A DNA stretch of 63,508 nt, filler included, from Bigelowiella natans CCMP2755 (GCA_000320545.1; 4 parts of 4 records of this genome joined end to end with filler, not necessarily neighbours in it); one strand, 5' to 3'. Shown: positions 40,515 through 53,776, counted from the whole stretch's first letter. The notes: generated by a model not told the origin, from the letters alone. Program-made: numbers and translations.

Positions 40515-41493
40515 CAGTACCCCCGAACAGCTCTCCGAACACTCGAACAAGTCGCAGTGTGGGGTGCGATTTCTTTAGGACTTTGAAGAGCTTTCGCACC
40601 GGTGTCTTATGGTCCTCCACCACCTTTTCGTAGCCCGCCAGGAACCTGGGTACGACATTGCTCAATACACTTGTCCAGGAACCCTCTATGACGCCACTTG
40701 CCTGTCCGATGGATTCAGGATAGACTTCCTCTTTGCGGCCTTGATGGTCATCCCAGTCGTGTACAGAGCGAAGTTTGCACCGTGGATCTGCAGGGGGGGA
40801 GGGGTTACCATATCGCGTGAACGGGCAAGTAAAAATGGTTGATCGAAGAGGACGGATGAGCCAACTAACAAGTACCCCGCCTTCTCCTCCTCCTCCTCCT
40901 CCTCCTCCTCCTTCTTTAATATGCACCCTGGTAGATGCATTGCTGTTCGCACTACTACTACCTTCTCCATTGCCACCCACTCTGCCTTGTCCACGCCAAC
41001 TCTCTGTTGTAGTAGACAAATGGTAGAAGATCGGTGAGGAAGTGACTTGTTTCTGATGGAAATGCATGCATGCACTCCCCGCCCTCGCCCCCCATATGTT
41101 TGGACTCCATCGACCATTGCGGGCCACACTGGAAAGAAGGGATGGTTACATTGACTTACCAAGATTTCGCCTATCTTTCGCTCGTCAGTCGTGTGGCGGA
41201 TCTTTTGGTAGCTCAGGAATGCAGAGCTGCGACGACGATGGCGAGAAGTATGTGGAAACAAATATCATATCGTACATCGTTGATAGCGAGGATTAAACCG
41301 CGTCGGGCGCGACTTACCTCTCAATAGCCTCGCCACCACCAGTAGCGGTGACTCCTTGTTCTCCTAGGTAGAGACGAAAAGACGCATAGGCCCACGCATA
41401 TCACAACATTTTCACCAAAAACACAGTTGAGCCTGTGCGTGTACCCCAGCCTCGAAAATCCGTCATGGTTTTACCTTTGCTACCCTGCTGCAT
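37827..41493 (-). CDS. ATP-dependent RNA ligase, T4 Rnl2 / RNA-editing ligase family
   Basis: FLSYQKI; motif I EWVAMEK|IHGANF; Ia AAKR; III RVFGELFGG; VQK|GVFYSP; IIIa FIAFDV; IV NIAEG|IVMRP; V RFILKKKSEAFYE; Rnl2 C-terminal domain YVNENRLRSVLSK; ends IIKNEF*. Confidence 0.9.
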
Positions 41494-41959
41494 GCCGAGC
41501 GCGGGGGGGGGGGGGGGCGTCCTGGAGTCTGGCTGCTCGCACCTTTGGAAATTTCGGGGAAGGCAAGAGGAATAAGGGCTATCTTCCGCAGAAAAATTAA
41601 ACAAGGCGATATTTCGATGTCGCAGGGTGAAAATCCACTGCGAATCATCCTCAGATATGTGAACAGTAGCCGCCGCTACCCCTCATTTCCCGTTCCTGCG
41701 TCAAAGTTTTCGCCGCGACGTAGACATAAAATGTAGGATGTTTCCCGCAGTTAAGAGGGCGATCTGGTGCTTCCACACCAGGCGTTACGGATGAAGATTT
41801 GTGTACGACGGGATCCAGAGATTGGAATTGGAATGGAGGCCTACTCGTAACGAGCAAACCTGATGTCAGCTGCCTGACTAGCGGCCGACCCTCTCCATCC
41901 TTCCCCTATCTGACCTAGAGACCGATACTGCTGCTTGATAGCACTAAGTTTGCTCCAAC

Positions 41960-43864
41960 ATGTCTGACCAGAAGACGTACCTCTTCATCTTGTATCTTCC
42001 TAAGTACCTCCCTGTGGAGATTATCTATGGGAAGGGGAAGGCCATGGGGATCGAGGAGGAGGAGAAGGCCCTTCTCGTGACGGCTAAGGAGGATATGACT
42101 CCCAAAGATATAGAGAAGCTTGTTTTGAAGGCAAAGTTGAAGGGAATGAAAACCAGTGTCCGCAAGCGTGGGGTGGTCGCCACTTTCAGGAAGAAACAGG
42201 AGAGGATCGCTGCGGAGAAAAGCCTCAGGGAGATCGAGGAAGTCTCGACGAAATTAAATTTCTCGCCGATCTCTCGTGTTGAGATTGTCCCATATCTGAT
42301 GAAGCATCTCGAGGAGAAACAAAATATCACGTCCATGTTCTCCACCGAGAACTTGCAGCAGGAGATCATTCAGCTCACATTCCACACCATTGGCGACAAA
42401 GACACCGAGGCGACCTACCTGGAGCTATGGGGAACTCTAGCAGTGGGCAGATCCTTTGGTTCTCTCCACGTTATTGGACTGAGGCGCTCGGATGTGTCGC
42501 GCAAATACTTTGGCGAGAGTAGTCGTGGTCAAGGCAACAGCCTAGAAAACACACCTTCAGCGGAGAATGCCAACAGTGATGCTGAGGAAGACGAACAGGT
42601 GCTCGACCTAGGTATCCTGCATAACGAGGTGCGCAATCAGATACAACAAGGGGCATTGATGTCGGTCGACTACGTACTGATGACCATCACAGCGTCTCTG
42701 CTCGCTGGAGTAGCCCTTGTAGCCAACAACACCGTCGTCGTCGTCGCATCGATGTTGGTATCTCCTCTCATGGGCCCGATATTGGCCACCGTTTTTGGAT
42801 ACATCATCAGCGACTATAACATGCTTTGGATCTCACTTTCAAGTGAGATCGTTGCGCTGTTTGTTTGCATTGCGAGCGGGTTTATCGTTGGCGTCGCCTT
42901 TTCCCCCTGGGGCGATATACTCAACTGGCCAAACAACGAGATGGCCTCCCGGGGGACTACCAATGGACTTCTCATCGGTCTTGGCATTGCTATTCCGTCG
43001 GGCGTGGGCGTTGCTCTGGGGGTGCTAGGTGGTAACACCTCAAGTCTCGTCGGTGTTGCAATTTCGGCTTCTTTGCTCCCGCCAGCTGTGAATTGCGGCA
43101 TTTGCTGGGCATATGCAGCCTTTGGCCCTTCTCTTGTTCTGAGCTCTCCTCACGGGATCCATCCTGAAGTAGATCGGATGCATTTCGTCCGGCTCGGCGG
43201 CATCTCGTTCTCCCTCACCCTGCTCAACATAGGCTGCATCTTCGTGTTCGCCTACCTGACCTTCAAGGCGAAGATCCACCTCAACTACCCCGGCAAGACA
43301 CCGTACTGGGACTTCCTGGAGAACGAATTCGAGGAAGATACCGTAGTCGAAGGGGGGGAAAAGGACAACGATAAGGACAAAAGGGCCATCGAGCTTGACG
43401 ACATCAAGGATCTACCCGTGCGATTCCATAGCGCACGGCATTCGGACGTCGGCCCGCCTAGAAAGAAAACGCACCTTCGCTCCCGCTCAAAGTCTCAGTA
43501 CTTAGATCCTTCCGAGCTTCAACGTAAGTGGCTCAACAGGAAAAATAGCTCCACGGAGGCTCGCGACATCCGACCTTTCTTAGGGGGGGGACAGTTTCAG
43601 ACAATGATACTGAGAAATCCCATGAACGCGTTGACGACGGCTGATGTGAGGAAGTCCGTGCGGATCATGGATAATCTTGGTGGAAAGCGGCATAGCTTGG
43701 TCTCTGTTCCACAACGGGTGCTACAAGATGCACGGGAAGAGGCCCGGACTACTAGGATGACTATGCGAAAGCGCAACAAGAAAAAGGGCAAGTACGCGCT
43801 TGGAAAGAGCTTAGCTGGCCTGTTCACAGCACCGGCCGCTGATGCTGATGAAAAGAATGTTTGA
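41960..43864 (+). CDS. DUF389-family multi-pass membrane protein (intronless)
   Basis: 634-aa uninterrupted ORF with DYVLMTITASLLAGVALVANNTVVVVASMLVSPLMGPIL, EMASR and SLVGVAISASLLPPAVNCG motifs. Confidence 0.88.
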   Translation: MSDQKTYLFILYLPKYLPVEIIYGKGKAMGIEEEEKALLVTAKEDMTPKDIEKLVLKAKLKGMKTSVRKRGVVATFRKKQERIAAEKSLREIEEVSTKLNFSPISRVEIVPYLMKHLEEKQNITSMFSTENLQQEIIQLTFHTIGDKDTEATYLELWGTLAVGRSFGSLHVIGLRRSDVSRKYFGESSRGQGNSLENTPSAENANSDAEEDEQVLDLGILHNEVRNQIQQGALMSVDYVLMTITASLLAGVALVANNTVVVVASMLVSPLMGPILATVFGYIISDYNMLWISLSSEIVALFVCIASGFIVGVAFSPWGDILNWPNNEMASRGTTNGLLIGLGIAIPSGVGVALGVLGGNTSSLVGVAISASLLPPAVNCGICWAYAAFGPSLVLSSPHGIHPEVDRMHFVRLGGISFSLTLLNIGCIFVFAYLTFKAKIHLNYPGKTPYWDFLENEFEEDTVVEGGEKDNDKDKRAIELDDIKDLPVRFHSARHSDVGPPRKKTHLRSRSKSQYLDPSELQRKWLNRKNSSTEARDIRPFLGGGQFQTMILRNPMNALTTADVRKSVRIMDNLGGKRHSLVSVPQRVLQDAREEARTTRMTMRKRNKKKGKYALGKSLAGLFTAPAADADEKNV

Positions 43865-44351
43865 ACATTGAAATCCATAGCTTTGCCAACGAGATACAGA
43901 AGAACATAGTTGGTGTCACGGACGACACTGCTCTATTATCATGCAGGCTGTGATGCTGAGTACATGCATATAGATGTAACACTTTTACCAAGCACCGGGT
44001 CTATAGAGTAATCATGTTTAGCGCAACTTTATTTATTCCTTGTAAAATAACAGCGTTATCGACATATAAGCAGCCTGATAACAAACCTAGTGAAGCTTCT
44101 TTTCGACTCGTCGATACCAAGCTATATTCAGCAATGTATGCATGCTACGTCACCACGGGCGCAGCAAGATCGTGCGTCACCATTTATTTGGCACCATGTA
44201 ATGTAATGCACAGTTGCTATTGCATGCTATAGGCGGCATCCATGATCGCACCGGCCACGTGTGCATCATTAGCTACATACAGGCCTCGATCTATAGATCT
44301 CTAGTAGCAAGCCTATGTGCATGTTAACGAGAAGTTGCAAGCTCTAAATAA

Positions 44352-45029
44352 TCAACATTCAGCTCGATGTCCTGCCGTTCCTTTTTCGTAAGGCTCCCGC
44401 CCAGCCGCTGCCATGTTTCGACCTAAACGCACAGATAGTTGCGCAGAGCATTTAGAGATAGGTAGCGGCGCCAGCACGAGAACGAGTAACCACACATCAC
44501 AATCGTTCGTAATATTGACGTATACCTCTATGCAGGTAGGTGTTATCCTCGGCCCGAATATGCGCTGCTTCCCATCTGAGCTCTGAACGAGAAAGTCACA
44601 TACGCTGTTTATCGCGGTTGTTCTGCACGAATACGCGCACAATCACACTACACGCGCGCATGTACGCTTGTGGTGTGTGTATGTGTGTGTGTGTGTGTGT
44701 GTGTGTTGTTTGATGTGTGTCTTTAATTGTGACGTATCCTTGCACGAAGCGTGCCGATGCGATGCTACCCTCGTCAAGCGTGTGTTTATTGATTGATGGA
44801 TTGATTGATGTACGACCTTGGCCAAATCCGCCGATGACCATTTTCGCGTGAAATCGGTGAACGTCCTCTTGTGGATCATGTACTGCCGCATCCAGCTGGT
44901 TTCGATAATGGGTGGCCGGTGGGGGAGCCAGAGGGTGAAATGGGACAAAGGAGGGGGTGGGGAGGGAGGCAATTGAGAACGGGGAGATTGTACAAGATCA
45001 TCTTCACGTACGCACACACCACACACACA

Positions 45030-45079
<50 letters not shown>

Positions 45080-45483
45080 GTTCTTGTTATGTATTATGAA
45101 TTAAATGATCGAGTGGCAGAGACAAAGGCCTGGAACAAAACCCGCACAACGAAAACACTCGTCATCGGCAGCGTTGAGAGGCGCCAGCGGCGTACATTGT
45201 CATCACGGTGAATTGTAGATTCAAGGCTTCTACCGCAGTCAGCCCCCCGCTATACCTTTGAAGACATATCAAACCATCATCACGGCCATCACTTCATTCC
45301 TTGAAGGAAACAACCTTTGCCAGGAGGTGAACAGCGACGGCAAGCCCGGCAGCGTAATCTCGTCGAACGTAACGTCCGCCAGCACCGACGAGAAGCTCTA
45401 CGGATGGATGGCGAGAACATCACTTGTACATATCTCTGCGGTATAGATGTGCATGCACGTGCAAGTGCTGCTAATCACGCAGT

Positions 45484-45520
<37 letters not shown>

Positions 45521-45531
45521 TGATGTCCTGT

Positions 45532-45568
<37 letters not shown>

Positions 45569-46365
45569 ATCAATTCATGCATCATTTCCAGCATCCCATT
45601 GCGTGAATATTCCCGCCCCACCTTCTTCTTCTTGATAGCCGATCTCATCTCCTAAAATAATCCAACGAACAAAGCAGCCGACAGCAGCAAGAATAAGATA
45701 TATACATCTATGCATATACCCCCACGCATTTTTGTACACGCACTATTGCATATCGCCATTTGCAGTCTTAAAAAAACAATTCCGCTCGCGCGTTTTTTGG
45801 TTGCGTGCGTCGTGCCTTAATAGTGAGTGACGAGGAGGGCCGCTTGTCCTTTCCCGTTTCCTCTCGCTCTCCTTCCCCCTCTGCCGCGCCGGTGTCACTG
45901 ATAGCATCGGCCGTGATGGCACACAGCGGAGGACACACGCCCATCGCCGCCATTCCACCATTTCTTGCGCCTCGCCCGCGCCGCGCCCCCCTCCCCCTGA
46001 TTTTGGGGTGTCCTGGTATCCATTCCTGGTGGCTGGCGAGTTGTGCGCGCTCGCTCGCTGTGAACGTGCCGCCCAATCGCCGCCAGGTTTGCACCTCGAC
46101 GCAGGACTTCGTGATGGAAGGGGCTAGCCGCTTACGGGAGAAATCACCCCCGCCGAGAGTCACCACAGCGTATGCTGCGTCCACCACGCGCTGGAAGATG
46201 CTTCGGTCGGCCTCTGCCCGTCGAGAGGTGTGGGGGGAGAGGAATTAGGAGGAGGAGGAGGAGGAGGAGGAGGATGAGAACAAGAAGCCACGAGAGGAAG
46301 TGACGCCGTGAGGCAAGGCAAGTAGAGAGGGAAGAAGAAACTGGGCTGCTATTCGGTGTGTGCGA

Positions 46366-46402
<37 letters not shown>

Positions 46403-47100
46403 AGTGTGTTGGAATAAGCCCTAGTCGACGTCTAGATTGCAAGCCAGAGGTAGCAGCAGCAGCAGCAGCAGCAGAAGAAGAAGCACTTGTATCATCATCA
46501 TTCCCACACCGCACACAACCAACCAACCAACCTCTCTCCCCCCCCGCAAAAGCGCATGAAAGCGTATCACCACCTGCGACCTCCACGACGTCGTCGTTGC
46601 TCCAATTGGCGATGAAGGATAGGAACGTCTGTTTCGCGCTGATAAACTCGATCATTCTCTCCACCAAGGCGTAGAATTCGTAGCTGAGGCTCTCCGCATG
46701 TCTGATGAAGATCATGATCATCGAGAATGAGTCACATTTCATCCATATCTCATTTTTACTGATAACGCGCTCATGTGTGCATGCCTCTACTCTTCCACAG
46801 CCCCTCCCAATCTCTTCTCCCCTCCCCCTCCTGCCTCTCTCCGCCGCTCGCTCAATCGACGCATTCTCTATAACTTGCAAGGATATAATCAGAGAGAGCG
46901 GCAAAGGGGAAGAATCACCAAAACCGCATAATACGCGGAGATGTTTGGGGCGAAAAGCAAGTTGATACAGCACTGATCTCACCTACTACTACTACTACTA
47001 CTACTGCTGCTGCTGCTACTACTGCTAATGCTACGATTAGTCACGTTAGGCGTCCGCCAGCTTCCTCCCAGATCTCCAGCAGCCTTTTATAGAACATATA

Positions 47101-47135
<35 letters not shown>

Positions 47136-48458
47136 CACATCCGTGTACATTCGTAGGGCACGCACAATTTCGGAGAGCCAAAGAGGCCATCTAACCCGAT
47201 CTAACCCCATCACACACCGACGCTGGCTGGCCATCGGTTCTCGGCCGACTCACCGCCTCCCTCCAGTGAGGACAAAAACAGCAAGTGGATGATGCATACT
47301 ACTACCCATCCATGCCCTTGACTTCTCTGTTATGGCCGTCCCCTGCTGTCGCTGTTGCTGCTGCTGCCGTCTCAACCTCCCCATCCTTTCGAGCGTCATC
47401 GTAGTTCGGGTTGTACTGCGCGCGCTTGCGGGCCGTCGCCCTTGTCGCTCCGGAGAAGCCGCCAGCGAAGTTCTCGTAAAAGCGGACTATGTTCGCCTTC
47501 TGCTCGTTCACAGTCTGGCCGCGTCGGCCGGATCTCCTTTCCTCTTTCTGCTGCGTGCCATTGAAGAGAAAGTCGCTGAAGCTGGATTCCTGCGGGGGCG
47601 TGCCGTTGTGGATTAGCAGTGGAACATGTGTCACGAAAAGGCGCCGTGTGAGCTTGCGTGGTGTTAGTGATGTTGTATTTCATTGTGTTGCAAGCTTCGT
47701 GGCGCTGCTGCTGCTCGCCGCCGCTTCTACTGCTACCACCTGATCAATCATCTTCTCCATAGCATCTTTGATATCCTCAAGCGTGGGCTCGGCCTTCGAT
47801 GAGAACGGGATATCGTAGCTGGGAATGGCGGGGGCGGCTGTTGAAGTCGTCGTCTGCGTGATGACTCCCTCCGTGGTGGTGGTTGTCGTGGTGGAGGCAG
47901 TGGATGACTGGGTAGTGGCGCTGCTGTCAGCTATGCCGCCAATGGTGGCCATACTGAGATATATGCGAAACACACGCACACACGCACGCAGGCGAGGGCG
48001 CGCGCGAGCTTTAGGACAGTCACCAATGAATATTTGGATTAGTAAAGCTGGTTAGAAAAGGGAAAAGCATGAGCAAGTCGTGGGATATCGTGTTAAAGCT
48101 ACTGTTTATTCGGCACGTCGATCTCTACTCATAGTACCCAACGGGGAGCACTTCCGAGGTAATAGCCTCGTGTGTCAGTGAGGCGATCTTAAGAGCGGCT
48201 CGTCGTTCCGCGGCAACTATTGCGCAAAAGAGGTAGCAAGTGGCTTCATCAGCTGTGCATTTGAAGTTTCCATGAAGAAATTGGAGCATGAATAACCTTT
48301 CCTCTTTGCTAGAAGGCGTCGGATAGGCTTGAGGGCCAAATTATCAATATTCGGAGCAATGACAGCTGCTGCAAGCGCGGCCCGGCGCCAGGTTTTATCC
48401 TCCTGAGTGTGCATCATCTTCGTGTTTATGACGAATACGTTTGATGTTGCTTATAAAC

Positions 48459-48502
<44 letters not shown>

Positions 48503-48531
48503 TATACACATATGTTATATATTATATATAT

Positions 48532-48589
<58 letters not shown>

Positions 48590-48900
48590 ATGTCCGCTAT
48601 TAGTTCATCACCGCGAGCCGTGAGAGCAAAGCTGAAGTTGCGACGGACAACGACGCTGGATTAGGGCCTGTGGCGTATCCGGAGCTAAAGCCACCTTTCA
48701 TTCCAGTCCATCGCACAAAATTGTCACAAACAGTACACATTGTGAGCATGCATGATTCTGCTCGTTCTCGAAAGGGGGCGGGGCGGAGATGACCTGAAAT
48801 TTTGGAGAACGGAGACGTTTGCGACGAAGAGGACGATGATGAAGGAGAAGCGCACGACACGGGCCTTGCCAGCAGAGCGTGGATTATTAAGAAGGCACAT
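44352..48900 (-). CDS. Multi-exon hypothetical protein (one gene, possibly two), N-terminal hydrophobic segment
   Basis: Minus-strand GT-AG exons: VVRFSFIIVLFVANVSVLQNF; EDKTWRRAALAAAVIAPNID; T-rich exon; THVPLLIH...NIVRFYENFAGGF; LSYEFYALVERMIEFISAK; WMRQYMIHKRTFTDFTRKWSSADLAK. There is no promoter-sized gap at 47234-47302. Confidence 0.5.
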
Positions 48901-49751
48901 GCGTGGGGCACTCGGCCAAACCTGGATTAGAGAGCATACCATCTTAGCGCAAAGTGCGTGTACCCTGGTAGACGTGATTTCAAGCGTTGAGTGTATCACC
49001 CCAGAGCCCTAGCCATGTCCAGTACAGACTAGATCACACGTGTATAACCGTTCGACCCGTGGAGGGGCGCCGCGGTTATCGTGCAAACCACAACATTCAG
49101 TTTTCCGGCGGGGATGGGCCAGTTGGGAATCTGGGCGCCTTTCGGAAGTTCGTTTAGGAACGAATTTGTATACAAAACATCCTAATACAATACTCATTAT
49201 TCACCAACAATCTTGGCAACCAATTTCCGCGGGATTTCAGGATTTCCAAAGGATACGCACCTTCTACGATGTTTTTAGCAGTAGAAAGCGAACTGCAAAC
49301 TAGACTCCCAAATCGCGGTAATCTCCTTCAAAATATCATGTCGCAGCAATAAAATCCACTGGAAATCACCTATCAGAAAGGAGCAGCCTCGGGTACAATT
49401 TCCCGCGCTTGCGCTTCCCTGCCGTCCTCGCCCCAACGCTCCTCGGCATGCAGGAGGGAGGGCCCGGACGACTGCGATGAGGCGGTCAAGGAGCAACGAT
49501 GAAGTTAAATCGGTACGTCGACGAACGTACGGCTATCCTTATTTTGGTTGTTTGCTGGTCAATATGCCGGCACGAGATCCCGCATTCTCATCTCATACCC
49601 GACACCCTTCATCGTGAAACAGGGTCGCAACACCCCGCCCCAGCCCCCCCGTTTGAAGACTGTCAAGAGGAGGCGAAAGCAGCCTGCTGCTGCTGCTGCT
49701 GCTACCGGGTCGGAGGCAGCAGGAAACCTCTCGGCTTCAAGTAGCGTTCCG

Positions 49752-50076
49752 ATGAGTAGTAATAACGAGCCTCGCCCCAAACGACAGAAGAGTGCGTGAG
49801 TAGTAGTAGTAGGTGGTAGTAGTAGTAGGTGGTAGTAGTAGTAGTAATAGTAGTAGGTAGTAGTAGTTGTTGCAGTAGTAGTTGTAGTAGTCGTAGTAGT
49901 AGTAGCTTGCTGCTGCTTCACGTTTGGTCGAGTAACATCAGCGCCCGAAGAAGAAGAAGAAGAAGAAGAAGAAGGGGATGTTTGACGCGCTAAAATGTGT
50001 CCTGGTGCTGTGCTCTTCTTTTGTCCATCTTCTTCAGTCGAGTACCAAATCGGCGAGATCATCGAGGCCCAATTTG

Positions 50077-50117
<41 letters not shown>

Positions 50118-50380
50118 CAACGCAACAAGATGTGCAATGTGATTCTTAACTTTCTTTCCCCCGTCCGCCACTCTCTTTCTCTCTATTGTATCTCTGGTGC
50201 CTCCTCCTTTTTTCCTTTTTGTTTTTTGCTACAGACGACACTTGGAGAAGAGCTGTGGTGAAGAAGGTGAGATCGTTCACATTATACACACACACACACA
50301 TACATAAATATATATGTTATATTTATATACTATACATTTGTACATATTCCGCATTTATAGAAATCAGTCCCACCCACAAA

Positions 50381-50424
<44 letters not shown>

Positions 50425-51011
50425 CACGCAAAGAGAGTACTGGCCTGGTGCGATGTACATCAACGCGCGACGTGGGGCGGCAAGCTCACACCTAAACCAC
50501 GCATTGGTGTTGACACAACGCAATTCCATCATCATCATCATCATCATCATCAGGTTGTCAAAGGATATCCTTACGTGGAGGTTGATGGGGCTGTTGGCAT
50601 TTTCACTAATCTCAAGTAAGAATCCCCGTCAACTATAATAATAGTAGAGGGAAAGCGGGCGAGAGGGAGAGGCGGGGGGGAGATGGATTTGCACCGAATC
50701 TGCATTTTTTCCATGTACTCGCGTGGTGTATTTCTGAGAGTTTGGTTCAAACATTGCACAGCCTGAGGAGGAGCGCGGACGGGGGGGCGAATTGGAAGGT
50801 CCTGATTGCCATTGTGATCTTTCCTCTTTTCACGTGCACGTGAAGATGATGAGAAAACAAAGAAAACAAAGAAGAAGAAGAAGAAGTGGAGACACGTAAT
50901 CATTCACGTTTGTTGTCATTGTTACTCAGGAAGAGGAAAACGCAAGGCTTTTTGATGGTTGGTGCCTGGAACGACGTCAACACGAATATACCCACACACA
51001 CATGCATAACT

Positions 51012-51048
<37 letters not shown>

Positions 51049-51147
51049 GTACTTCATAAATATCATATTAACAGTGCTACACACTCGAATATGTAAGTCG
51101 TCGTCGTCGTCGTCGTCGGTTTGACAAAGATCCATTGTTTTAAATGT

Positions 51148-51179
<32 letters not shown>

Positions 51180-51307
51180 TGTCGGTTAACCACGCATCAT
51201 CGATCGTATGGCCGTTGTCAGCCGTCGCAGAATACGGTGCGAACTGGAACAAGATTAAACGCGAGGTAGGTCCTTACAGCGTGCACTTGGCGAAAAATGA
51301 TGACGAC

Positions 51308-51338
<31 letters not shown>

Positions 51339-51406
51339 CGGTTTGCTTTCCCTTGGATTCGAAGCTGATCGACCGATGCACAACCGTCCTCTATTGTTTT
51401 TCCTGG

Positions 51407-51437
<31 letters not shown>

Positions 51438-52712
51438 CGTCGTCGTCGCTGCTGTTCTGGTCCGCAAGTATTTCTCCACGAGCACGAGGACGAAGCAGCA
51501 GCTCGAAATCCAGTTTATAAAGGTGTACGGCTCGGAGATTTTCAACGGTGATAAGTGATAATACCTATTGTTGGCAGCAGCAGCAGCAGCAGCCATAAGT
51601 AAGAAAACTATCCTCTCTCCCAGCATTCCTTCATCGCTCACTTCAAGCTGTCACCAACGATGATTCGATAGTTGAGGTGTGCTGCCCACCCATCACCGTT
51701 CTTTTGACCCCCCCCCCCCCCCGCACTCCTTCCCTCCTGCAGACGTAGTGGTAGAAAGGAAAACAGCCCCACCATCGAGGAGAGGACGGGTAGTTAAGAT
51801 AAAAGCACAACACGACTTCTTCCGGGCGGATTGTCATCCTAAAGCCCCTCGAGAGACCGACCGCCGCTAATTGCTTTGCTGTCGTCGTCTTTTTCTTCTT
51901 CTTCTTCTTCTTTCTTCTCCTTTCTTCTTCTTCTGGATACTTCTGTATATTTTCTTAGAGGAAGGCGTACGGTTTTGCTCCGCGATCTTCACCAGCTGCA
52001 GAAACACCAGCTATGAACTCTACGACAACGACGACGAATCGCCCTGGGATCGAGCTAGTAGCCTTATCCCCGGCGTCATCGTCGGCATCTGCGCATTCTA
52101 GCAGGACCCACAACGCGAAAAGGAGGAGGGAGGGGGGGGCCAGCGCTCGTCTAGGAGAGCTGAGGAGGAAGATAGCTATGATGGTACTCAGTTTCTCACT
52201 CCCACCGCCACCTACCAGAATATAGAAGAGGAGGAAAAAAGAAGAAGAAAGAGAAAGAAAAGAGGAGGAGGAGGAGGAGGATGGTAAGAGAGGAGAGCAT
52301 GCGTAATCAATGATGACAATATTCGTATGATGATCTGATGGCTTTTCCCCCCCCTCCTCCTTCCTCCCGGTGATAACCAGGAAAGGAGGGCAAAGGACAC
52401 GAATAAACGTTTCAAAGTGCATACCGAGCTTCAGATTGAGGTCGGACGTCTCCATGTGAGAAATGCTGGGGGGGGGGGGGGGGGGTGCTATCTTGCAAAC
52501 ACCATGAGATCATAATTGAGGAAGGTGTTTCTGCTTGAAGGTCCTGGAATATAAGAGTCTTTTGGAGGAGCTTTGCAACGAACACATCGACAGTGAGAGG
52601 AACATCATCATCATCATCATCATAAAAAACGATAACAATAGAAGCAGCCCATCATCACTGCGCGGCGGCGTCGTTGTCATCTTATACGTAATTGTTGCGA
52701 GTAAATCCGTCT

Positions 52713-52769
<57 letters not shown>

Positions 52770-52883
52770 ACATTAAAGACTGCGTGGGAAAGTTCCATAT
52801 CGATCGTAACGATGTCGTGGAGACATTGACGCAGGTGGTGGTGATCAACGTGGGAGAAGCGGACCTCCACCCAGACAAGAACA

Positions 52884-52918
<35 letters not shown>

Positions 52919-52923
52919 CAGAG

Positions 52924-52980
<57 letters not shown>

Positions 52981-52996
52981 AAGAGAGGGGTTAATG

Positions 52997-53032
<36 letters not shown>

Positions 53033-53405
53033 TGTTTGAATGGCTAATTGTACCATCCTCCCCCCCCCCCTCCCTGTCACATTGTACGCTGCTGCTCTAA
53101 ATACTCTTCGACTAACGATCGATCCAGCAGATGCTGAGCGGGAGAACAACGCCGGTTGTAGTAGTACAGTAGTAGTAATATAAAAGTAGTGGTAGTAGTA
53201 GTCGTAGCATATGTTTTATGCATGCATCTCACCTGATAGTAAGCATAAACAACTCCGCGTTCTGACCTCTGTTGTGAAGGTTCTGCTCTCGACGAGGCAG
53301 CGCAAGATCATCAATGTGTGGGCGGAGCTGCGGAGGCTGTGCCGGCAGCTTCGGTCGGTTGTACGTTCTTTGATTGCGTGCATGCACAAGAGCAGCAGCA
53401 GCAGC

Positions 53406-53437
<32 letters not shown>

Positions 53438-53518
53438 ACATACGCAGAGAAAGTGCGAGCCGCGATGCAGACTTTGTCAATCAACCTCACAGAGAGTGAA
53501 TATGTGTGTGCGTGCGTG

Positions 53519-53560
<42 letters not shown>

Positions 53561-53734
53561 CTTGTGTTTGTATCCCCCTCCCTATATTCTCCCAGGAAAG
53601 AAAGGGAAAGGCTGTTGGATTATGTCAAAGTGGAGCACCAGCACTTGGCAAGCGAAGTATATATTATTGTTAATCCCCCTTCCCCTTCTTTCTCGAGGGA
53701 AATAAGCTGCATTTCAGAGAGAGAGGGAGAGAGA

Positions 53735-53776
<42 letters not shown>

